Positions 17,158 through 25,135 of a stretch of DNA of 64,000 bases are shown here, one piece after another; the first letter of the stretch is position 1; every line of letters begins with the position of its first letter. The DNA comes from Escherichia phage pinkbiff: sequence record MN850603.1. The stretch is one strand, 5' to 3'. Both the position numbers and the translations under genes were made by a program. Below the pieces are notes generated by a model, which saw only the letters and a list, made by a program, of their open reading frames with translations, had not been told where the DNA came from and did no database searches.

Positions 17158-17706
17158 ATGGAAAAAGATAACTTAAAAGGTGTTGAAGATAACTACCTAG
17201 TACTTGATTGGAATGATATTCGGGAAGCACTATCTGAAGAAAGCCTTGACCTGCTAGAGCAACTTATCTTCTCAGTACGCCATACCAGAGGTATTGTAAA
17301 CGGTAAAGAGCCACTTGAAGGAATCTTTGTAGAGAAGTCTTATCCGTTCTATGAAGATACTTTGCAGAAAGTTAAAATGTACTTTAAACAGAAGAACCGT
17401 AAAGTGGTCACTATGGTATCTCTTGGTGGACAGAGTATGTCTATTATGGAAGATATCAACCCTAAGAGACCAAGTAAGGGTGTATGTATAAAAATCACAG
17501 GTCATGAAGAGTATGTCTCAGCAAGTGATTTTAGTGTGTTCTGTAATGGTTCTGCTGTCTTTAAGGGGTTTCACTATGAAATCCGAGTGTACCCAATCAA
17601 GGGAGATGATATCATGATGCAGATATTTGATAACAACAATGGATTCACTCATTTTTATCAGACAACCAAGTCATCATTAAAAACAGTTTTAGAAAACCTG
17701 ATTTAA
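17158..17706 (+). CDS. hypothetical protein (182 aa)
   Basis: First ATG after the previous stop; track ORF begins earlier in an overlapping frame. Confidence 0.5.
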   Translation: MEKDNLKGVEDNYLVLDWNDIREALSEESLDLLEQLIFSVRHTRGIVNGKEPLEGIFVEKSYPFYEDTLQKVKMYFKQKNRKVVTMVSLGGQSMSIMEDINPKRPSKGVCIKITGHEEYVSASDFSVFCNGSAVFKGFHYEIRVYPIKGDDIMMQIFDNNNGFTHFYQTTKSSLKTVLENLI

Positions 17707-17715
17707 AATATCTTA

Positions 17716-17744
17716 AGAGCCTCCTTAATTGGGGGCTTTTTATT
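17716..17744 (+). terminator. rho-independent terminator ending the plus-strand operon
   Basis: agagcctcc-ttaatt-gggggct hairpin followed by TTTTTATT. Confidence 0.7.
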
Positions 17745-17749
17745 GAGTA

Positions 17750-19330
17750 AAATTTACGAAATTTATATTTTTATAAAATTTTATCGGTTGTCCCAACCTC
17801 TGGGTCACCATCATATGTGAATAAAATATCTATCCTTCTTAACAGCCTTCTTAATCTTACTCTCTATGTAGTTATATAGTACTATATAGTATCTTAGTAA
17901 CTATCTAGTGGTCTTAATAGCCCTCTGTATAACCCTTCTAACAAGCCCTCTAACAAGCCTTCTAAACACTCTTCTAACAAGCCTTCTTAACAACCTATAC
18001 AATCACCTTAATCATCCATCTACACCCTCTTAGAAGCTCCTATACACCTCTTAATCTCTAGGTTACCTATGTTACCCTCTATAGGTGTTCACTAGGTATT
18101 ACTAAGCCTCTATATAGACTGTTTTAACAAACTTAACAGGAATATCTTTACAGACCTTATCTCACAAGGTCTAACACGGTACTAACAAGGTATCTTATAA
18201 GCCTGTTTCTACCTGTATTTTTAAAATACTGTCTAGGTAATTATTCAGAATTTTAAAATTTTTATAAAATAGAGCTATCAAGTCATTTTTTAGGGTCTTT
18301 GAAGGAACTGAAAAATATCTGTCTAGGATGTATATCTGCTTGGTAGCCCTTAACAGCTCCCTTACAAGTACTTTGCAGAATTTTAAAATATCATTAACAG
18401 TTTCTTAACAGTTCTCACATCTTCTTAACAACTCTTCAAAGGTCTTAACAGATTCTTAACAGAACTAACAAGGGCTTAACAGTTTTCTAGGGATTGGTAA
18501 CAATACCAATTAACAAGTACTGAATAGGCTTTACAGAATCTTAACAGATGACTAACAAGAGCTAACAAGTTAATTTTAAAGAGTTATTTTGTTAAGATAA
18601 TTAACAAGTTCCTAACAAGTGTTTAATCTTTTTAACAAGCTATTAACATGGTCACTACTCTTTTCTTATCGTTCCCTTTCCTTTCTTAGTGACTTCTTAA
18701 ACATACCTCTTAAAAGCTCTTAAAAGCTCTTTATAGGCTCTTTTAAGTCCCTCCCTAGTATTTACCCCTCAACTGTATGGATAGCTCTTTATAGGGCTTT
18801 ACAGGAGCTTTTAAGGCTATGCCAAAGGTTCTTACAAGGTTTTTACGTGGTCTTAACAGAGATTTAACAAGGTGCTAACAAGAATAACTATGTAGGGTTT
18901 GTTAAGAAAATGTTAAAAAAATGTTAAGGGGGCTAGCATTTACGTAACTTTTAAGCTACTTCAAAGTAACTTTATAACCCCTATAACATGCTTTTTAATA
19001 GCTATCAAGGGGTTTGTTTAATCATTCACAAGATACTAGCCAGCCTATAAGCTTTCACCCTTATAAGATTCTTTTAAGGCTCTGGGAAGCTTTATAAAGG
19101 GCTTTTAAGGGTGAGGTAATGCAATCCCTTAAGTTAGGTTAATAAGGCCGTTATAGGGCTTTATAGAGCGTTTAAATGGTTGCCCTTCCCTTTCGGGTTA
19201 TGGGCTTATATTTAAGTTGATTTGATAAGAGGTTATAGAGTAGACTATAGAGTTATTGCTTTTTAAGGTCTAGTAAGATTCTGGAAAGGAAAGGGAAAGG
19301 GTTTGTATAAGGATTCGATAGACGTAAAAA
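17750..19330. repeat. 1.6 kb non-coding iteron-rich region (over 30 copies of CTTAACAG / CTAACAAG-type motifs plus CTTTTAAG / CTTTATAG motifs; AT-rich blocks)
   Basis: No ORF of any size with SD; dense short direct repeats at roughly 8-12 bp spacing (e.g. 17935-17995, 18395-18660, 18850-18880); bounded by convergent terminators. Confidence 0.8.
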
Positions 19331-19388
19331 AGCCCCTATGAGATAGATTCTATCGAATCCATTTTGAGTAGGGGCTGTTCAGGTATCT
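19329..19388 (-). terminator. rho-independent terminator ending the minus-strand small-gene array
   Basis: Minus strand: AGCCCCTA ... TAGGGGCT stem (30-nt loop, itself an inverted repeat) followed by TTTTTT. Confidence 0.55.
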
Positions 19389-19414
19389 GGGGCTATTTAG
19401 CCCCGTTGCGTCGA

Positions 19415-19663
19415 TTAGTTGTAACCTTGTTTGCTGTAGTACAGGGAGACAATCAAATCACCCCAGTAATGATAGTGATGCTCATCGTTTATGGCCTCTT
19501 TTACGGCATCTTTCCAGAAGTCATCAATAGGGTTATAGTCTGGGATAACTTGCTTGATAACTGTCTTCACTAAGGAAAAGCATTCATCAGTTCCGCCGAT
19601 ATCAAATTTAACGTCCAGAGTATAACAGCCATAAGCATTTACAGTAGCGCGGATAGTTGCCAT
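19415..19663 (-). CDS. hypothetical small protein (82 aa), cassette gene 1
   Basis: ATG at 19663 directly preceded by the conserved cassette ...CTAGGAGATTCAAAAATG. Confidence 0.6.
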   Translation of the reverse strand: MATIRATVNAYGCYTLDVKFDIGGTDECFSLVKTVIKQVIPDYNPIDDFWKDAVKEAINDEHHYHYWGDLIVSLYYSKQGYN

Positions 19664-19739
19664 TTTTGAATCTCCTAGTTTAAGGGTTTTATTTTAGTGG
19701 GGAAGTTCATTCCCTCCCCGTTGATTGACAATTTACAGA
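19664..19739 (-). repeat. conserved intergenic cassette, variant A (GGGGAGG hairpin)
   Basis: Minus strand: CTGTAAATTGTCAATCAACGGGGAGGGAATGAACTTCCCCACTAAAATAAAACCCTTAAACTAGGAGATTCAAAAATG; embeds the upstream gene's stop codon and this gene's SD and start. Confidence 0.8.
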
Positions 19740-20263
19740 TTTTTGATTGTCTCGTCAATATCTTTTTCAATATCTTTTAAAGTTTTTTCTAAGTTCTTGA
19801 TATTGAACGTTAAACCTTCACCGATGGTTTTAGCGTAACCGTTAGGTCGATGGTCGTAAAGCTCGATATCTTCCACATCGGATAAGTTTACTCTTTCACC
19901 GTTTGAAGCGTAAGCCATTGAAACAGTATTTACAGGGGCTTTATAAAACTTGTTTAAGGTCTTGATTGAACGCTCATAAGCCATTTTATAGCTATTTAAA
20001 AGGTTTTTAACGTGGCTATGAACGTTTTTGCACTCATCCAAGTAAATCCCTAAGAATAGCGGTAATAATTCTGCTACAGCTTGCATAAAGTGAGAGACTA
20101 CAACGGTTGCAGCATTGCGACGATGAACGTAATAAGCCCCGTTTTCTGATTTGGTGATGGTTGCGAAGTGTACACCATTGCAGCGAAATTCGTAGGTATC
20201 TTTGACAGGCTTTGACATTACAGCATTTGAACGAATATAGTTGATGGCTTTGAACTTGTTCAT
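19733..20263 (-). CDS. hypothetical protein (176 aa), cassette gene 2
   Basis: True start is the ATG after the AGGAGA SD (20263); the track N-terminal extension MTSPLNKTLKLGDSKM is a translation of the cassette. Confidence 0.6.
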   Translation of the reverse strand: MNKFKAINYIRSNAVMSKPVKDTYEFRCNGVHFATITKSENGAYYVHRRNAATVVVSHFMQAVAELLPLFLGIYLDECKNVHSHVKNLLNSYKMAYERSIKTLNKFYKAPVNTVSMAYASNGERVNLSDVEDIELYDHRPNGYAKTIGEGLTFNIKNLEKTLKDIEKDIDETIKNL

Positions 20264-20335
20264 TTTTGAATCTCCTAGTTTAAGGGTTTTATTTAGTGGG
20301 GAGGTCATCCATCCCGTTGATTAGTAATTTACTTG
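20264..20335 (-). repeat. conserved intergenic cassette, variant A (degenerate hairpin)
   Basis: Same TIR block (CTAGGAGATTCAAAAATG) and GGGGAGG-type hairpin with substitutions. Confidence 0.7.
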
Positions 20336-20423
20336 TTTTGATAGCTGATTGCAAGCAATTTTTTAAGCTTATCTATAAAGAACCTTTTAAGTGAATCCCT
20401 TTTAGAATAAACCCCCTCGAACA

Positions 20424-20452
20424 ACATTACCAATGTCAATAGGTATTGTCAA
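20424..20452 (-). promoter_or_regulatory. sigma70-type promoter inside the small-gene array
   Basis: Minus strand reads TTGACA (20452-20447), 17-nt spacer, TAATGT (20429-20424). Confidence 0.45.
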
Positions 20453-20484
20453 CACTTTTTTAAAAGTTTTTTATAAGTTATTGA

Positions 20485-20826
20485 TTAACTGATGGATATT
20501 TTTTCAGGTTTTACATAGTTGGCACGTTGGATTTTTAGCAGGTCATCCCAGATTAGTGCGGCAATATGAGCATAACCGGATTCACGTAGAAGCTTCATTG
20601 CTTTACTTCTCGTTTCAAATCGGTTTGCATAGTACTCACTATTCAGAGTTGTTTTCTTCCCTTCATTGTCTACATGAATAATCTGCATTACTTTGAAGGG
20701 GCTTACATCCTCGCCTTTATTCCATTGCTCAAAGTATTTTAGGCACTGCATAGGTGTCATCTTATCACTTACTTGAGTTGACCAAGATGAATCCGGTTTA
20801 TTGGTAATTACAGTTACGTGAGCCAT
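20485..20826 (-). CDS. hypothetical protein (113 aa), cassette gene 3
   Basis: Start at ATG 20826 after the conserved SD; track ORF carries the cassette-derived N-terminal extension. Confidence 0.6.
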   Translation of the reverse strand: MAHVTVITNKPDSSWSTQVSDKMTPMQCLKYFEQWNKGEDVSPFKVMQIIHVDNEGKKTTLNSEYYANRFETRSKAMKLLRESGYAHIAALIWDDLLKIQRANYVKPEKISIS

Positions 20827-20899
20827 TTTTGAATCTCCTAGTTTAAGGGTTTTATTTAGTGGGGAGGTCATTCCCTCCCCGTTGATTGACAATTTACAG
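20827..20899 (-). repeat. conserved intergenic cassette, variant A
   Basis: Near-identical to 19664-19739. Confidence 0.8.
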
Positions 20900-20916
20900 A
20901 CTTTTATCAGGCTTGT

Positions 20917-21150
20917 CTAGTCTTTTTCAATGATAATTTCATATTGACCATCAACACTATCAAAATAAATGCCGTCGTCGTCTTCTGTCTTAAAGTAGCA
21001 TTGAATATCATCACTTGCGGGGTAGTCTTGCCTTGCTATCTGGCAAACTTGAATAGCATTTTCTTTACTTCCTGTAAACTCCTCAAGCCCTTTAAAATCG
21101 CATGAATGACCATTACAGATGGAAAGGATGAGATAAATGGTTGTAAGCAT
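20917..21150 (-). CDS. hypothetical small secreted/membrane protein (77 aa)
   Basis: Hydrophobic N-terminus; preceded by its own hairpin (agcccct-acaa-ggggct) rather than the standard cassette. Confidence 0.5.
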   Translation of the reverse strand: MLTTIYLILSICNGHSCDFKGLEEFTGSKENAIQVCQIARQDYPASDDIQCYFKTEDDDGIYFDSVDGQYEIIIEKD

Positions 21151-21215
21151 GACTTAAGCCCTCTAAAAGCCCCTACAAGGGGCTAATTAGTGTTTATAAG
21201 GTGATTATATAGGTT

Positions 21216-21758
21216 TTAGAAAAAGCTCTTTAAATCTCTCTCTGTGATGTTTCCTGTCAGTGTGTCCATGATGTCACAAAAAACCTGAATACTGTCCGAC
21301 TGTTGAACGCTTTTAGCAAGAAGTTCCAGAGACTCATCAAGATAGTTTAAATTTGGGTTATCCAGTGAAGGAAGACAAAAAGGCGAAAACATCGCATTAA
21401 ACTCGGTTACGTAAACCTTTTTAATCCAACTTGCATCAAAGTACTCTGTAAAACTTGCCACGCCAGACATATTATCACAAGAATAATCATCATTCAGCTC
21501 ATCCTCTGGAATATCAAGTTCCAAGATAACAATATTTTGAGTTTTCATCTGGAAAGCTGCGGTGATAGCGGCATTGCCTAATGCTTGCTGGATACCTTCA
21601 GATGCTATCTCTTCCGCATCGTCGCCATAGATTTTATTTTCTGGATATACGTAAAAATTCCCATCCATATCCGAACAATTCCATGCGCCTGATGGTTTAT
21701 CGCCGTTATTAATCAGGTTGAGGAAGTTTTCTTGAGTAGTACCGTGAAAGCATTTCAT
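21216..21758 (-). CDS. hypothetical protein (180 aa), cassette gene
   Basis: ATG 21758 preceded by the conserved TIR. Confidence 0.6.
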   Translation of the reverse strand: MKCFHGTTQENFLNLINNGDKPSGAWNCSDMDGNFYVYPENKIYGDDAEEIASEGIQQALGNAAITAAFQMKTQNIVILELDIPEDELNDDYSCDNMSGVASFTEYFDASWIKKVYVTEFNAMFSPFCLPSLDNPNLNYLDESLELLAKSVQQSDSIQVFCDIMDTLTGNITERDLKSFF

Positions 21759-21845
21759 TTTTGAATCTCCTAGTTTAAGGATTGAGTGGTAAAGCTCTTT
21801 ATCTGGGGCTTAAGATATCAACTTTTAAGCCCCCTGTAAAGTACT
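21759..21845 (-). repeat. conserved intergenic cassette, variant B (GGGGCTTAA hairpin)
   Basis: Minus strand: CTGTAAAGTACTTTACAGGGGGCTTAAAAGTTGATATCTTAAGCCCCAGATAAAGAGCTTTACCACTCAATCCTTAAACTAGGAGATTCAAAAATG. Confidence 0.8.
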
Positions 21846-22049
21846 TTATCGGTTATTTTTGACAACTTTTAAAACAGCACGGTAACCTAAGCAATAGGAA
21901 TCACCGAAGAGCGACCGACCCATGAAGGAGTCCTCTGTAATATCTTTCGCCGTGACGGTTTTTTCTACGCCGTGAAAAAGAACTACATCCCCGGCTTTAA
22001 TGTCTTTGATGTGTGTGGTTTCAATGGTTAAGCCGTTAATAATAGCCAT
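21846..22049 (-). CDS. hypothetical small protein (67 aa), cassette gene
   Basis: Start at ATG 22049 after the conserved SD; track ORF has the cassette-derived extension. Confidence 0.55.
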   Translation of the reverse strand: MAIINGLTIETTHIKDIKAGDVVLFHGVEKTVTAKDITEDSFMGRSLFGDSYCLGYRAVLKVVKNNR

Positions 22050-22125
22050 TTTTGAATCTCCTAGTTTAAGGGTTTTATTTAGTGGGGGGCTGGTCATTCC
22101 CTCCCCGTTGATGTGTAACTTAATA
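22050..22125 (-). repeat. conserved intergenic cassette, variant A
   Basis: GGGGAGGGAATGACCAGCCCCCC hairpin variant plus conserved TIR; a TTGACA -35-like hexamer lies just upstream (22147-22142, minus). Confidence 0.75.
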
Positions 22126-22156
22126 TATATATAAAAACCAGTGTCAACAAAAATTT

Positions 22157-22561
22157 TTAAAGTTCTGCATAAATTGCATCACAGATATTACGGAAGTCGT
22201 GATTTGACAAATTACGCTGCAACCAAGTGGCGAAAAAGTCAGCGATTGCATAATTAGCATCATACTCGACGGATAGCCATACTTTTACGGCGAATCTGAA
22301 CATTTTTAAATCAAGCTCTTTATTCATTACCTTAGATTTGCCCAACATGTCAGCCATTTCATATTGCGCACCGTCTAGCGTGATACCTGCTGCAACGTCA
22401 GTTAATGAGTTTTTCACGTTTTCAACGTCTAAGATAACACTTTGAATCTTCCCAATAATGTTGTGCAATGTTTCATCAGGTGCTGATGATGTCAGAACAT
22501 TAATCCGGTTAACTGTCAAACGTGCTTTTAAGATTGATAACTCACGGTTATTAATAGCCAT
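22157..22561 (-). CDS. hypothetical protein (134 aa), cassette gene
   Basis: ATG 22561 preceded by the variant B cassette. Confidence 0.6.
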   Translation of the reverse strand: MAINNRELSILKARLTVNRINVLTSSAPDETLHNIIGKIQSVILDVENVKNSLTDVAAGITLDGAQYEMADMLGKSKVMNKELDLKMFRFAVKVWLSVEYDANYAIADFFATWLQRNLSNHDFRNICDAIYAEL

Positions 22562-22648
22562 TTTTGAATCTCCAATTTAGGATTTAGTGGTAAAGCTCTT
22601 TATCTGGGGCTTACTTTATCGAACTATAAGCCCCCTGTAAAGTACTTT
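22562..22648 (-). repeat. conserved intergenic cassette, variant B
   Basis: ctggggcttactttatcgaactataagccccctgtaaagtac on + strand. Confidence 0.75.
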
Positions 22649-22921
22649 TTATACTAAATGCAGTTTTTTACCTTTTACTATGATGTAACTTGATGCGCTA
22701 TTACTTTGCACATCTTGATAAATTCTACGCAAACGGCCTTTATAGTATACTTTCCAACTGGTTGGAATCTTTTTCCCGTATCCTGTAGCAGTTTTTTGCA
22801 GTCCTGCAAGTTGCCAATCTAAGATATGTTGTTCGGCTTGTAAATCCTCGAAGTGCATTACACCGTTCACATAGTGACGAAGGGTTACGTTTAAGGTGCG
22901 ACCGTTGTTAGTAGTATACAT
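22649..22921 (-). CDS. hypothetical protein (90 aa), cassette gene
   Basis: ATG 22921 preceded by the variant A cassette. Confidence 0.6.
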   Translation of the reverse strand: MYTTNNGRTLNVTLRHYVNGVMHFEDLQAEQHILDWQLAGLQKTATGYGKKIPTSWKVYYKGRLRRIYQDVQSNSASSYIIVKGKKLHLV

Positions 22922-22995
22922 TTTGAATCTCCTAGTTTAAGGACTTTGTTTAGTGGGGAGGTCATTACCTCCCGTTGATTAGTAATTTACTTGTT
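22922..22995 (-). repeat. conserved intergenic cassette, variant A
   Basis: GGGGAGG...CCTCCC hairpin plus conserved TIR. Confidence 0.75.
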
Positions 22996-23340
22996 TTAAA
23001 AACCAAAATCAAGAGAAATTTTTCGTTTGCTCAATTCTTGAACAATTACAGTGTAATAGTCTTTCAAATCACTGACATTTAAAGCATTTATCAGAGAATT
23101 ATAATCATCAACTAACTGAAAATTATCTTTGAAGATGTCACTTATCTGATAGGTTTTCGCTTTATATCTGAAGCTCATCTCTAGCCGCTTTATTTGCTCA
23201 TCACTGAGGCGCCCTAGAAAGCTTTCTACAAGGCTATTACTAACCTGCTGTGTGATTGCCTTATTTGCTAGATTATAGGCTTTATATGCCTTATATAGCG
23301 CGAAAATGGCAATGATTGCAGTGATACCAGTCATTAACAT
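22996..23340 (-). CDS. hypothetical membrane protein (114 aa)
   Basis: N-terminal transmembrane helix; own SD GAGGAAA; no standard cassette upstream. Confidence 0.55.
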   Translation of the reverse strand: MLMTGITAIIAIFALYKAYKAYNLANKAITQQVSNSLVESFLGRLSDEQIKRLEMSFRYKAKTYQISDIFKDNFQLVDDYNSLINALNVSDLKDYYTVIVQELSKRKISLDFGF

Positions 23341-23413
23341 GGTGTTTCCTCTTTACGTGATACTTTGCCATTTACAGTTATCTCATAGGATTCTAATAAA
23401 TCGCTTTTAGACT

Positions 23414-23629
23414 TTACAGGACTTTTAAAAGTATCATCATAGATATTAACTTGCAATACAGGTTTTTATACTCCCTGCAACTGTTCCATAAGCAAATCAC
23501 TACACGACGGCCTTTTATTTTGCCGTGTAACCATTCCATAACATCATGATTATTCCTTGATGTTTCAATGAAATCAATTTTGTTGAGTAATTTGCTTAGA
23601 TTTTCACGCACTTGATTTGATAATTTCAT
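23414..23629 (-). CDS. hypothetical small protein (71 aa), cassette gene
   Basis: ATG 23629 preceded by the variant B cassette. Confidence 0.55.
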   Translation of the reverse strand: MKLSNQVRENLSKLLNKIDFIETSRNNHDVMEWLHGKIKGRRVVICLWNSCREYKNLYCKLISMMILLKVL

Positions 23630-23721
23630 TTTAGAATCTCCTAGTTTAAGGGCTTTATTTGATAAATCTCTTTATCTGGGGCTATCCTACCAGCTTGATA
23701 ACCCCGTGTAAAGAAATCTAT
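23630..23721 (-). repeat. conserved intergenic cassette, variant B (diverged)
   Basis: tctttatctggggctatcc...ccccgtgtaaag plus conserved TIR. Confidence 0.7.
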
Positions 23722-24234
23722 TTAGTTCTTAAAGATATTCATCACTGAATCTTTTAGTGATTCCAAACGTTCTAATACTTCAGATTCTGCGTCTGAATTG
23801 TTCACCTCTTCTTTTAGTCTATCCTCTAAATCAACGCCGTCGCTATAGCACCAATCGAAAGCGTAACCAATAAAAAAGCTGTCTAAAACCGTTTTACCGT
23901 TTTCATCTACAACTTTTGCGGCTAGAAGGTATTCTGAAGCCTCTAAATCCCTTTCTAGTTCTCTTTGTAAGCTGATATAAGCCTCTTTTGAAGGGTTTTC
24001 CCGGCCTTGTTTTGCATAGTCGCTTGAAAGCTGTTTAAGGCTGTAATGTAAAGGGATTGCATATTTAAAAGCACCATAACGATAGTTGGGGTTTTTAATA
24101 GTCACACCGCCTTTATGGTCATCTGTAAACTTCCAATAATCAAGATTATAGCTTGATTCGTAGCAATTTACCGCTTCGTAGATGATGGAAAATTTTTCTT
24201 TTACAACTTCAAAGGTAGCGTCTACAGTTTTCAT
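23722..24234 (-). CDS. hypothetical protein (170 aa), cassette gene
   Basis: ATG 24234 preceded by the variant B cassette. Confidence 0.6.
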   Translation of the reverse strand: MKTVDATFEVVKEKFSIIYEAVNCYESSYNLDYWKFTDDHKGGVTIKNPNYRYGAFKYAIPLHYSLKQLSSDYAKQGRENPSKEAYISLQRELERDLEASEYLLAAKVVDENGKTVLDSFFIGYAFDWCYSDGVDLEDRLKEEVNNSDAESEVLERLESLKDSVMNIFKN

Positions 24235-24319
24235 TTTTGAATCTCCAGTTTAGGATTAAGTGGTAAAGCTCTTTATCTGGGGCTTAAGATATCAACTTTT
24301 AAGCCCCCTGTAAAGTACT
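24235..24319 (-). repeat. conserved intergenic cassette, variant B
   Basis: Nearly identical to 21759-21845. Confidence 0.8.
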
Positions 24320-24613
24320 TTATTTGTTAATTTTCAGCTTTGCATAACCTCTCATTGTACGAATGGGGGATGTTAATGCTACGCGTCTAATGTATGCCTT
24401 TTTCGTGTATACATTTGTCTTCCCGATAGTGTTTACACATGTAAAAAGGTTTATCGGTGAATTTTTTAACTTCAAATGTTTATCAACCTTTACGCCCCAT
24501 CTTACAGCGGATTGTTTTCCGTTGTCAACCACTTTCCCGCCTAACTTTTTCGCCATGATGCGAGCGTCATCACGAGTTTTTGCAGGAATTACAACGTTTT
24601 TGATAATAGCCAT
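24320..24613 (-). CDS. hypothetical protein (97 aa), cassette gene
   Basis: ATG 24613 preceded by the variant A cassette. Confidence 0.6.
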   Translation of the reverse strand: MAIIKNVVIPAKTRDDARIMAKKLGGKVVDNGKQSAVRWGVKVDKHLKLKNSPINLFTCVNTIGKTNVYTKKAYIRRVALTSPIRTMRGYAKLKINK

Positions 24614-24685
24614 TTTTGAATCTCCTAGTTTAAGGGTTTTTATTTAGTGGGGAAGTCATTTCCTCCCCGTTGATGCAAATACTAG
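24614..24685 (-). repeat. conserved intergenic cassette, variant A
   Basis: GGGGAAGTCATTTCCTCCCC hairpin plus conserved TIR. Confidence 0.8.
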
Positions 24686-24870
24686 ATAACCCCGTTCGAA
24701 TAGTCAAGAAAAATTTTAAAAATATTTTTGGCAAAATTGTAATGAAACGGGTGCGCGCGACTACCACAAAACAGAGCTACAATCAAGAATTATTTTTCAA
24801 TCCGCTACAAATTTTTCTGTTGACTTTTCTTTTCGGATGTGGTAGCCTTGTGAGAAATGGCGACATCCCT

Positions 24871-25070
24871 ACCTGCACCCACCTACCTGCACAATTCTAA
24901 AATGATTTTTCTTGCCCGACCTGATTTTTCTCTGCACGTTTTGAAAATGAAAAAGCTCTTTGGAGATTACCTGCACAGTTTGAAAATGAATTTTCTCTTT
25001 GGAGTTCAAAATTCTCTCTACAGATTTCTCTATAGAAATATACCTGCACAATTCTGAAATGAAAAAGCCC
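24871..25070. repeat. array of 4-5 direct repeats, consensus CCTGCACARTTYTRAAATGAAWWAG
   Basis: Copies at about 24886, 24932, 24969 and 25042 (partial at 24871) in a 480-bp ORF-free interval. Confidence 0.7.
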
Positions 25071-25135
25071 TCCTTACCTGAAAAATTTACCAGATAAGAA
25101 AGGCTTAGTCTATTGTGAGTATTTTACAGAGTTTC

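Noticed and set aside
17750-19330. CRISPR array or protein-coding genes in the 1.6 kb gap
   Set aside because: Repeats are short (8-9 nt) and irregular with no unique spacers; no ORF with an SD.
19733-20308. N-terminal extension MTSPLNKTLKLGDSKM on several small proteins
   Set aside because: It is the in-frame translation of the conserved cassette (hairpin + SD); the real start is the ATG after the AGGAGA SD.
19664-24690. Possible CRISPR array (regularly spaced conserved repeats with GC hairpins)
   Set aside because: Repeats are 70-90 nt, the intervening 'spacers' are 200-550 nt and are SD-preceded protein-coding ORFs, each repeat contains an SD and start codon, and no cas genes are present.
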